A stretch of DNA of 64,000 nucleotides from a virus (lineage: Duplodnaviria > Caudoviricetes), in the IMG/VR virus record IMGVR_UViG_3300035670_000009, positions 1 to 64,000 of that record; one strand, written 5' to 3'. The notes beneath the pieces are model-generated. The model had not been told where the DNA came from. It searched no databases and was given only the letters and a program-made list of their open reading frames with translations. The first letter of the stretch is position 1, and each line of letters begins with the position of its first letter. Position numbers and translations under genes: made by a program. Positions 16,689 to 24,212 of this stretch are shown here, one piece after another.

Positions 16689-16948
16689 TCTTCGTTGGAG
16701 TTTCACCAACACCCCGTTTCTTTCCGGTTTCCCGGTTCAGCCTTTCGGCAACCCCGCGAGGGGCGAGTGAGTTTCTCGACCGTAAGCACCTGCTAAGACG
16801 GCAGGCCCTTACGGATTTGGTCGGCCTCAGTCGACCTATACGGCGCTCGTCTTCCCGAAGCCAGGGAAAACTCGGGCTACTCACATGCCGTCACATATGA
16901 GTAACCGTAGCGCCGCTTGGACTATCAGTGCAATATGATAATCCAGGT
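16640..16948 (-). ncRNA. Putative ~310-nt structured non-coding RNA
   Basis: Bounded by consensus promoter and terminator; serial hairpins (CC-GAAA-GG, CCGG-GAAA-CCGG, GGUCGAC/GCCGACC, CCUGC/GCAGG); no credible ORF. Confidence 0.55.
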
Positions 16949-16954
16949 CATTTA

Positions 16955-16983
16955 ATATGCCGGAGTTTTGGCCGGTATTTAGC
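16955..16983 (-). promoter_or_regulatory. Phage promoter GCTAAA-N16-GGCATAT
   Basis: Exact consensus and spacing. Confidence 0.8.
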
Positions 16984-16998
16984 TCGGCGTTCAGCGCG

Positions 16999-17053
16999 CT
17001 AATAGCAAAAGGAAACCGGGCGGCCGGGACCCGAAGGCCCCGGCGCACCCGGT
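16999..17053 (-). terminator. Intrinsic terminator, cassette family copy 4
   Basis: C(UUCG)G hairpin; 17002-17053 is identical to 17849-17900. Confidence 0.8.
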
Positions 17054-17099
17054 GTGAGTGCTGTATTTGCTAACGCGCCCAGCAAGGCGCGGTCGGAGT

Positions 17100-17702
17100 T
17101 CAGTCGCAGGCCGCGGCGGTTGCGGCCATGTCCGGCGCCACTTCGGCGCCAAACATGCACCCCGCCGCATCGAGGGCCTGCATGAGGCTCTCGATGTTCA
17201 GGAACTCTGACCTGGTATCGGTCCCGGTCTTCCACGCGAGCTCGCAGCTCGCGACGTCCCAGGCCTTGTAGCCGACCTGGTTGAACGTCAACTTCACTTC
17301 CACGGACCTGTTTTTGGTCCACGTGCCCTCCCACCAGAGCATTAGCTCGGTGGGCGCGACGAGGCAGCAGCCGTCCTCGTCAAAGTCGGGCTCGCAGCTC
17401 GTGCCGCCCGACGCCACGAACCCTCCGCGGGGCGGGTCGAAGACGCCGTCCTCCGCCTCCGCGGCGGAGCGGAGGATCCGGCGGGCCTCGGCCGCGATCA
17501 CGGCCGGGTTCCAGGTACCCGTCTCGGGCAGCTGGATTGCGCGGATTAACGGGTCGAGCCGCTGCCCGATCAGCCCGGCCCAGTAGGCCAAGAGAACGGG
17601 CAGCGCCCGCCGGACGTTGTCCGGCACCTCGGAGGCGTATGCCTCCGAGGCGAACCAGCCCAGCTTACCCTCTCTGTACTGGTCCGGAGCGAAGTTGAAC
17701 AT
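17100..17702 (-). CDS. Hypothetical protein (cassette gene)
   Basis: Start reassigned to MFNFAP at 17702 because the leader repeat ends at the same offset as in the 16431 gene. Confidence 0.7.
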   Translation of the reverse strand: MFNFAPDQYREGKLGWFASEAYASEVPDNVRRALPVLLAYWAGLIGQRLDPLIRAIQLPETGTWNPAVIAAEARRILRSAAEAEDGVFDPPRGGFVASGGTSCEPDFDEDGCCLVAPTELMLWWEGTWTKNRSVEVKLTFNQVGYKAWDVASCELAWKTGTDTRSEFLNIESLMQALDAAGCMFGAEVAPDMAATAAACD

Positions 17703-17812
17703 TTGATTCCTCGGGCGGTAAGCCCGAGGCTCCAGTGGAGTCAGCATGGGTTTTCTAAACCCAGGTTTCAGCTGCGCGGATCACCCGTCCGCAACAGCTA
17801 TAGCTGCTCCAC
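17703..17812 (-). promoter_or_regulatory. Structured 5' leader, subtype A copy 2
   Basis: Near-identical to 16432-16540. Confidence 0.7.
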
Positions 17813-17815
17813 GTT

Positions 17816-17844
17816 ATATGCCCGAATATGCCCAGGTATTTAGC
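17816..17844 (-). promoter_or_regulatory. Phage promoter GCTAAA-N16-GGCATAT
   Basis: Exact consensus; spacer contains a second GGGCATAT. Confidence 0.8.
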
Positions 17845-17845
17845 A

Positions 17846-17900
17846 CTGATAGCAAAAGGAAACCGGGCGGCCGGGACCCGAAGGCCCCGGCGCACCCGGT
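17846..17900 (-). terminator. Intrinsic terminator, cassette family copy 5
   Basis: 52 bp identical to copy 4. Confidence 0.8.
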
Positions 17901-17930
17901 TTGCATCCGACGAGAACAGAATTGATTGCG

Positions 17931-18380
17931 TCAATCGACGAGGCACCCGCCCCGGTTGTTGACGCTCCATTTCCAGCCCGCCCGGGCCACGCGGGCCAGC
18001 GCCATTTGATGCTCCACAGCCGCGTCCCAGGCTGCGTAGCCCAGGTCCGCGATAGGGACCTCAAGCGCAGCCGTGGTCTCGTCGTGGGCAGCGCATAGCG
18101 CCGCCCAGCGCTCCTCTTGTTCCTCGTAAGAGCCGACGACTTGGTCCATTTCGACGGCCCAGGCGGCCGCCTTGGTCTCCTGGTCGGAGACCGGAGCCTG
18201 GTCTAACCAGGCCCACGGCATGACCTCCGGATGGAAGTCAGCCGGGTCCTCGGCGTCTTCGAGGGGCTGAAGCCAGAACGTCCCCGTCCGGTCGACCGGC
18301 AGGACTTTGCCCCGCTCGATGACGCTGAGGATCGTGAGCACCAGGCACGCCGCCAAAGGAACCAGAACGAAACCAGCCAT
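17931..18380 (-). CDS. Small protein with N-terminal TM helix and acidic body (cassette gene)
   Basis: AGGAGG RBS; MAGFVLVPLAACLVLTILSVI. Confidence 0.75.
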   Translation of the reverse strand: MAGFVLVPLAACLVLTILSVIERGKVLPVDRTGTFWLQPLEDAEDPADFHPEVMPWAWLDQAPVSDQETKAAAWAVEMDQVVGSYEEQEERWAALCAAHDETTAALEVPIADLGYAAWDAAVEHQMALARVARAGWKWSVNNRGGCLVD

Positions 18381-18465
18381 GATAGTGGCCTCCTAGGTAT
18401 TCACAGCTTGCATCGCTCACCCGGCAACGCTGCAGCAAGACCCGCATACCTAGACGGGACTCATT
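18381..18465 (-). promoter_or_regulatory. Structured 5' leader, subtype B copy 2
   Basis: Similar to 12225-12308; GTTGC-CGGGTGA-GCGAT stem. Confidence 0.6.
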
Positions 18466-18467
18466 AC

Positions 18468-18496
18468 ATATGCCCGGGAAACGCGCTGGCTTTAGC
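18468..18496 (-). promoter_or_regulatory. Phage promoter GCTAAA-N16-GGCATAT
   Basis: Exact consensus and spacing. Confidence 0.8.
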
Positions 18497-18516
18497 CGAA
18501 TAGATATCTATTGACT

Positions 18517-18608
18517 GACTGCCTTGCTGAGAGCAGTCGGACTGCGCTCGTGAGAGCAGTCGGACTGCCTTGCTGAGAGCAGTCGGACTGCGCTCGTGAG
18601 AGCAGTCT
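18517..18608. repeat. 4 x 23-bp tandem repeat of alternating palindromic units
   Basis: gactgccttgctgagagcagtcg and gactgcgctcgtgagagcagtcg alternate ABAB; each unit has GACTGC...GCAGTC arms. Confidence 0.95.
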
Positions 18609-18971
18609 GCGTTGCTGCGCGGGCATGTACCAGATTCCAGAAAATGGAAAATGCGCCGTAAGTGTTTTATACGCATGGACTTACGGCACATATTTTTTGC
18701 GAAACACGTAAGTCTTTTGCTGCCCACATGTTGCGCAGTAAATGCTTTTGTTTTGTCAAGCTGTTTGGCTGTAAAAACCACTGCTCGTGTATCCGTAGCG
18801 CGGCCTGTTTTATTGTTTTGCCCAGCAATACCGCAAAAACAGTAATTTTTTGGATACACGGGTATGTATGAAATAGCTGAAGATTGTGTACACAATGCGC
18901 AGTTTGGCAGGCTTCGCAAGTTCCGCAGTTCGCGAATCGCGAATCTTCGTTCCTGCTGCCCCAAAAACCGC

Positions 18972-19030
18972 CAATAGCAAAAAGAAACCGGGCGGCTGGA
19001 GCCTCGACGGCCCCAAACACGCCCGGCGTT
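18972..19030 (-). terminator. Intrinsic terminator, cassette family copy 6 (ends the upstream operon)
   Basis: CCGGGCG stem plus UUUCUUUUUGCUAUUG. Confidence 0.65.
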
Positions 19031-19051
19031 CTCTACGCAGATTTCGCCGGA

Positions 19052-19252
19052 CTACTTTGCGTTCGCCGCAGACGACATTGCGACAAGAGTGATCTCCATG
19101 CCGCATTTGTCCGCGAACTTTCGAATTTCCCGCGGGTGTTTAAACCCGTGTAGGTCGCAAAACACGCTGAACAGATAAGGGAAATACCCTTCTTTTCCTG
19201 GCCAGCGCTGCATCGCGTCTTTCAACACCTCAGCGCTGGCCTCTTCCGTCAT
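19052..19252 (-). CDS. Hypothetical protein
   Basis: MTEEASA start overlaps upstream stop (ATGA). Confidence 0.5.
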   Translation of the reverse strand: MTEEASAEVLKDAMQRWPGKEGYFPYLFSVFCDLHGFKHPREIRKFADKCGMEITLVAMSSAANAK

Positions 19253-19596
19253 CGCAAAAGCGACCACTCCAGGGTCCTTTCTATGACGTCCTCCACACGG
19301 CCCCAGAACCGCTGGGACCACCGGCGGATTGCGCGCCGAGCACGGTGCCACGGCGTGTACAACCCGTTTGCTCGGCAAAACGCGACGTATGCCTGGTAGA
19401 TCGCTTCGTCTGAAGTGCCGTCAACCACGCAGATCTCGCACGGCATGCACTTCAGGCAGGGCACGTTCTTCAGTGGTACGTCGTAGAGCCTCCCGTCGAT
19501 GTTCATCTTCCACACGTCTTTGAACGTGTAGGCGGCCATCGGCTCACCGCAGCGATGACATTTGACGGGTTTGTAGCTTGCTTGCGCTGTCTGCAT
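19249..19596 (-). CDS. YgiT/MqsA-N-type zinc finger protein
   Basis: CHRC...KNVPCLKCMPCE pattern; AAGGAG RBS. Confidence 0.6.
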   Translation of the reverse strand: MQTAQASYKPVKCHRCGEPMAAYTFKDVWKMNIDGRLYDVPLKNVPCLKCMPCEICVVDGTSDEAIYQAYVAFCRANGLYTPWHRARRAIRRWSQRFWGRVEDVIERTLEWSLLR

Positions 19597-19627
19597 GGTC
19601 TCCTTTCTGGTCTGAATTAAAAGAACA

Positions 19628-20263
19628 CTAGAACACACTGCGCCCGCGCTTGTTGGCGCGCGAGCTGGTTTGCGCTGACTCGCCAGCTTCGACGACGGTT
19701 TTGGGCCGCGTGATGTTGGCGATCAACTTCCATTGCCCGTTTTCGTGCTTGAACAAAGCCTCGAACTCGATCGTTTCGTCTCGATCGGTCAAGGCCATCA
19801 TTCGCGCCAACTCGTCTTCCGTGCACTTACCGTCTTGGCAAGTGTCGGCCCATTGGCTTCGAATGTTCTCGGTCTGACGTACGTTGACCGTGCGTTGTTT
19901 AATGAGACACGTTGCATACGGATACTTAAATTGCGCCCAGCGGGACTGTGACCTTTTGAGAACTTTCACGTCCAACAACGTGTTGTAGGTGTCCGTCATC
20001 TCCCAAGCGTTTTCAACCGTATCGATAAACAGTTCTCGGTTGGGCATCTCTTCAGACATGCACGCGAGGAGCTTGTCCATGTCCTCGTAGGTGCACGCCT
20101 CGAGGTTTGCCTGCATGTTCTGGAAGATTCCGTCTCGGGTCGATTCCGTCGTTTCGGCTGCGTCGGCTGCGGGCGTATACGCCAGCAGCACGCACAGCAC
20201 GGCAAGCACAACGCCCCACATCAAAGCGATCTTGATCGCCTTCTTTTTGCTACTACTCGTCAT
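19628..20263 (-). CDS. Secreted/membrane-anchored protein, possibly NTF2-like
   Basis: N-terminal signal peptide; C-terminal FKHENGQWKL. Confidence 0.55.
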   Translation of the reverse strand: MTSSSKKKAIKIALMWGVVLAVLCVLLAYTPAADAAETTESTRDGIFQNMQANLEACTYEDMDKLLACMSEEMPNRELFIDTVENAWEMTDTYNTLLDVKVLKRSQSRWAQFKYPYATCLIKQRTVNVRQTENIRSQWADTCQDGKCTEDELARMMALTDRDETIEFEALFKHENGQWKLIANITRPKTVVEAGESAQTSSRANKRGRSVF

Positions 20264-20345
20264 TTCTTTGTCCTTTACACAAAAGAGTTAAATCAACCGA
20301 TCGCGCAGCCAAATAAGCGCGATCACAAAAACAGCCAATAGATAT

Positions 20346-20510
20346 CTATCCACAAAACCACGGGTTAACACTACGCAACCAGGCCCGATGCGATTCGGGA
20401 ATAGCCGCGTAGACGCCCACTGCGTAGGTTCGGCACCAAAGGTCTTCCCACTGGTGCTCGGCCCACATTTCTTGCCGCAGCGCAGCAAGATACAGCACTT
20501 CAGCCGTCAT
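20346..20510 (-). CDS. Small Trp-rich hypothetical protein
   Basis: MTAEVLYL start overlaps upstream stop (ATGA). Confidence 0.4.
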   Translation of the reverse strand: MTAEVLYLAALRQEMWAEHQWEDLWCRTYAVGVYAAIPESHRAWLRSVNPWFCG

Positions 20511-21007
20511 TCGCCGCTCGGGCGCGCCGACTCCCACTCGGACCGCTCCCGCGTGGCCTGATCGCACATTGCCATCAGTGCCATGCTGCGCTTGGGCCAG
20601 GGTCCGATGCCGATTGGTTTCATACCTGCGACAGCGCCCAACCCGTCGTTTTGAGCCATCTGCACAGCTATATCGACAAGCGCTCCGTCGTCCATCTTCT
20701 CCGCGTACGGATTGATGGCGCGCATGGCCGACCTGTACAGCGCGAAGTCCCAGCGGATCACATGCCACACCGGCCCAGGAGCCTTTCTGATCGAGGGACC
20801 CTTGTCGAAAAGCGGCCCAATCGGGTCGCCTTTCTTCGGGGTGAACTCGATCACCAGAAAGAACATCCCGGTGTCTGTGTCCGCAAACACCTCGCGGACC
20901 GTCTTCACAGTCAGCCACTTCCGGCCGTTAGGGCCGTGAAAGCCGCCCATGCGGAGCTTGAACTCATGCAGGTTGTCCAGCCCGTGGGTCACACCATCCG
21001 TCGCCAT
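20507..21007 (-). CDS. Hypothetical protein
   Basis: AAGGAG RBS; codon bias matches neighbours. Confidence 0.6.
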   Translation of the reverse strand: MATDGVTHGLDNLHEFKLRMGGFHGPNGRKWLTVKTVREVFADTDTGMFFLVIEFTPKKGDPIGPLFDKGPSIRKAPGPVWHVIRWDFALYRSAMRAINPYAEKMDDGALVDIAVQMAQNDGLGAVAGMKPIGIGPWPKRSMALMAMCDQATRERSEWESARPSGE

Positions 21008-21033
21008 CGCGCTGTCTCCTTCTTAGAAATGAA

Positions 21034-21681
21034 TCAGTCTGCGCCGTGATCCCTGTACCACTGCGGGTCCAGGTAGTACGGCACCTCCACGCCCTCAGGC
21101 AACATTGCCCGAGTGTTTTCAGCGTAACGGCTGTTGGTGGCGACCCAAGTCAACGCTCGGAGGCCATCTGCACTGGTCAATAAACCAGTGCGATATTGCG
21201 ACGAGATCGTTTCGAAGTTGTCGATCTCCGTCTCGAGACGTTCCCGCCAAGGGTCATCTTCGTCAGTGGCGGCCAAATAAGCCTCGAGCGCCTGGTGCGT
21301 CCACCAATTCGTGACGAGGTCTTGGAAGAAACTCACCGCCACGTCTTCGGCGGAATGACGGTCGACCGGGTCAGCCTTGTCGCGTGACCACCGCGCGAGT
21401 TGCCGCAGCTGTTCGCTGCCGCACATACCGAGCACGGAATTCCCGGCGTGCCGCGCGATGTCGGCGATCAGCCGGGTTTCGAACTCGGGCACGGCCGTGA
21501 TGATCTTCTGCACGAGCGCCCGGCCCAGAAGATAGAGCCAGACGATCGCGTTGCTCTGCGTGTCTTCCCGCAGAATATGCGGGTCGTCCTGCATTGTGAA
21601 ACGCAGAACGCTGAGGCCATTTTCCGCGTCAGCTTTGATCGCCTCGTCGAGTGTCACCGTCATGTTCGTCGTCTCCTTCAT
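21034..21681 (-). CDS. Hypothetical protein
   Basis: Acidic helical ORF in operon. Confidence 0.6.
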   Translation of the reverse strand: MKETTNMTVTLDEAIKADAENGLSVLRFTMQDDPHILREDTQSNAIVWLYLLGRALVQKIITAVPEFETRLIADIARHAGNSVLGMCGSEQLRQLARWSRDKADPVDRHSAEDVAVSFFQDLVTNWWTHQALEAYLAATDEDDPWRERLETEIDNFETISSQYRTGLLTSADGLRALTWVATNSRYAENTRAMLPEGVEVPYYLDPQWYRDHGAD

Positions 21682-21894
21682 AGGGGTTCGCTTTTCCAAC
21701 TCTCAAACGGCGCTTGACCAATTAAATTAGCCGAGCGCGCCACGTACTCTGGAACTGGCGCCGAGCCATTCCAGGCAGTCAAGGTTCATGAACGAGGGCC
21801 AGCGCTCTTGGGCAAACGCCAGCGCCTCGTTCATGAACTTGACTACGACAATCTCCAGGCTAGCGAGCGCCCGAAATCGTCGAACAACAAGAAA

Positions 21895-22497
21895 TCAAAT
21901 CGCCGCGTGGTTGCCGAGCTTTTTCAGCCGCGAGCGCCGGACGATCACCCGCGTGGCCGGTTTGCGTGTCCGCGGAGCTTTTGCTCGGATCGCTCCGGCA
22001 GTAATGGTCGTTCCTGCTACGCCCGCCGCTTTTTTGTCAGCGGCCCTCTTCCTGGCGGCGGCGGCCTTCGCGCGGGCCGTCTTCTTGACCGCGCGAATAC
22101 GCCATGACTTCGGAAGCGGCAGGATCCGGTACAGATCCGGAGGCAAACCCCAGTCGCCCGTTTTGTCGTCAAACACCTTCAGGTGTTTGGAAAGCACGCC
22201 GGATGTCGCGAACTGCACCTCGATCTTCGCGTCGATGTGCAGCACCTTGGTCAGCCCGGCACCGACTACGAAATCCAGACCAGGCGCGCCCAGCGCCCGG
22301 CGCAGACCCTTTGCGACCACGCACTGGTTGCCGCTGCGGCGCACGCTTTTCTTCAAGAGAGCGGGCGTCGGATCGATTCGGAAGTGGACTGGGTGGTCCG
22401 CTTCCACGACCGTCCAGCCGTCTTCGGTCTGGTAGACCGTCTTTCCCATCTCGAGCAGGGTCTTCTCCAAATTGTTCTTGCGCAACATAGCAAACAT
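21895..22497 (-). CDS. Hypothetical protein with Lys/Ala/Arg-rich histone-like tail
   Basis: KKTARAKAAAARKRAADKKAAG; GAAGG RBS. Confidence 0.6.
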   Translation of the reverse strand: MFAMLRKNNLEKTLLEMGKTVYQTEDGWTVVEADHPVHFRIDPTPALLKKSVRRSGNQCVVAKGLRRALGAPGLDFVVGAGLTKVLHIDAKIEVQFATSGVLSKHLKVFDDKTGDWGLPPDLYRILPLPKSWRIRAVKKTARAKAAAARKRAADKKAAGVAGTTITAGAIRAKAPRTRKPATRVIVRRSRLKKLGNHAAI

Positions 22498-22629
22498 TTC
22501 CTTCAACACGAGAATGCGGGGTCCTCCCGCACATAAAACCAGACAGCTCCAGACAATCTGGAAACATGTCGTTTGACAAACCAATTACGTTTTCGGGCAA
22601 CATTGCCCGTTTTCGCCGTATGGTTTAAA

Positions 22630-23088
22630 TCATGCCGTTGCGACGACGCGCGGCGGCATCTTTTCCATGATCGCCGACAACTCGTCGAGACGAGCCTTGG
22701 CCGCCTTCTGCTTTTCGGCGGCGGCCTGGTACTTGGCCTCCGCCTCGTCTGCCAGCGCCTTAGCGGCGTCCAGCTCGACCTTCGGCGCGTCAGGCGCGTT
22801 GGGGTCGAGCTGCGCGGCCGCAGCATGCGCGACCTTGAACGCCTCATAAGCCTCGCGAGCCGCATCGGCGTCGGCGCTCGCCGACACCTCTTCGACCACA
22901 GACATGGTGTGCGCCTCCGCCGCCTCGTCGTACTCCTCCTGCTTCTGGAGAATCGGAAGGGCAGCGTGACGATGCTCGGGAGCGAAGTCGAACAGCTGCT
23001 GATGTTCATACCATGTTATTTCGGTGTCGCCGTACAGCTTCACCGGACCCATCATCAAGCCGCCGATCTTGTCGAGCCAAAAAGGCAT
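22630..23088 (-). CDS. Ala/Glu-rich coiled-coil protein
   Basis: AAAKALADEAEAKYQAAAEKQKAAKA. Confidence 0.6.
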   Translation of the reverse strand: MPFWLDKIGGLMMGPVKLYGDTEITWYEHQQLFDFAPEHRHAALPILQKQEEYDEAAEAHTMSVVEEVSASADADAAREAYEAFKVAHAAAAQLDPNAPDAPKVELDAAKALADEAEAKYQAAAEKQKAAKARLDELSAIMEKMPPRVVATA

Positions 23089-23130
23089 GCTTTGTCCTTT
23101 CCTAAGAAGTGATAGAAACACAAACACGAA

Positions 23131-23203
23131 TGCGGCCCCCGGGAATCGAACCCGGAACCGAGGGATTAAAAGTCCCTTGCTCTGCCGATTGAGCTAGAGC
23201 CGC
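23131..23203 (-). tRNA. tRNA-Lys(UUU)
   Basis: GCGGCTC acceptor stem, AGGGA-CTTTTAA-TCCCT anticodon arm, GGTTCGATTCC T-arm; CCA not encoded. Confidence 0.95.
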
Positions 23204-23210
23204 GACCGAA

Positions 23211-23283
23211 AGCCAGCGGCCGGGAACGATCCGGCGACCTACGGTTTACAAAACCGTTGCTCTACCAATTGAGCTACGCTGGC
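23211..23283 (-). tRNA. tRNA-Thr(UGU), atypical T-loop
   Basis: GCCAGCG acceptor stem, ACGGT-TTTGTAA-ACCGT anticodon arm; T-loop reads ATCGTTC. Confidence 0.88.
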
Positions 23284-23301
23284 AAATTCCACAATCAATT
23301 A

Positions 23302-23660
23302 TGGAGGCGCCGGGAATCGAACCCGGGTCCAGTGATGTTTCAGAACAAACGTCTACGTGTGTATTTGGTCAACTTAAATCTCGTCTGTGCGCCCCCGGCC
23401 AACAGGGTGCAGCACAGACCAGCCTAGAACTTGTTTAGCCGCGACCGTACCAGGCGGTGAATCGCAGCGAGTCGGATTTGACGACCGCTTAGAAAGCCCT
23501 CCCGACTGGAGCTAACTTTGCGGGCTGCTGATTTTTAGATCAGGCAGCGAGAGCAAGCGGAGCGCCGGTTAAGCACTCAATCGACTTTTAACGTGGCCCG
23601 TCGATCAACCACGACACGCAATCTGAACCTCATGTCATCCTGTCGAAACCTTTTCGCCCC
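23302..23660 (-). ncRNA. ssrA: tmRNA, predicted tag (A)GAPLALAA*
   Basis: 5' GGGGCGAAAAGGTTTCGAC, 3' GGTTCGATTCCCGGCGCCTCCA tRNA-Ala-like domain, pk1, tag frame 23540-23566 ending LAA-stop. Confidence 0.92.
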
Positions 23661-23699
23661 CTTGGTTCCGCAGTCTAGCAGACTGCAAAACTTGGACAA

Positions 23700-24083
23700 T
23701 CAACACTGCGGCAGGTTTTCGGGCACCGCCGCGTAGCACGACGTAAAGTACGACCGTTCTTCGCGCCACTTGTTGTACTCTTCGACGGGCATGGTGCCCA
23801 CGAACCACGTGTAATCATGGTAATACACGATCACGTAATGCTTTTGAAAATACATTGTCCCGACGATCGTAAAATTCTTGTTGCCGTACCGCCAAAGCGA
23901 CTGCTCGGTCGCCTCGGGATACACCCGCCGAATGAAGCCCAGAATGATCTGGGCCACTTCGGGCGCGACTGCGGCGTCCTCCGGCCGCGCGTCGCTGAAC
24001 GACAAGAGAGCGCCCCACTGACAGATATCGCTGGGGTAACTGCCGTGCCTCGGGATCTCGAACACTTCGGTTTCAGTCGTCAT
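23700..24083 (-). CDS. Hypothetical protein
   Basis: GGAG RBS; Tyr/Trp-rich ORF. Confidence 0.6.
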   Translation of the reverse strand: MTTETEVFEIPRHGSYPSDICQWGALLSFSDARPEDAAVAPEVAQIILGFIRRVYPEATEQSLWRYGNKNFTIVGTMYFQKHYVIVYYHDYTWFVGTMPVEEYNKWREERSYFTSCYAAVPENLPQC

Positions 24084-24212
24084 CCTCCATCTCCTTCGTA
24101 GGAATGGCGGCGCGCCGCCTTGGGGTTGCAGATTAACCGCGTAACTCCTGAAACGCTCAGGGTCACGTTTTCTTCGCGCCCGGCGTAGGGCGCAAGAATA
24201 TCAAACCAATCT

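Noticed and set aside
16564-16900. ORFs 16564-16884 and 16604-16900 as proteins
   Set aside because: They have no RBS, run through the terminator and next promoter, and have Arg/Ser-rich junk composition; an RNA gene fits better.
16432-17812. Hammerhead ribozyme in subtype A leaders (CGAAAC/UGAAAC present)
   Set aside because: No CUGANGA core on either strand at the required position.
18517-18608. Possible CRISPR array
   Set aside because: The units are contiguous 23-mers alternating two variants, with no unique spacers and no cas genes.
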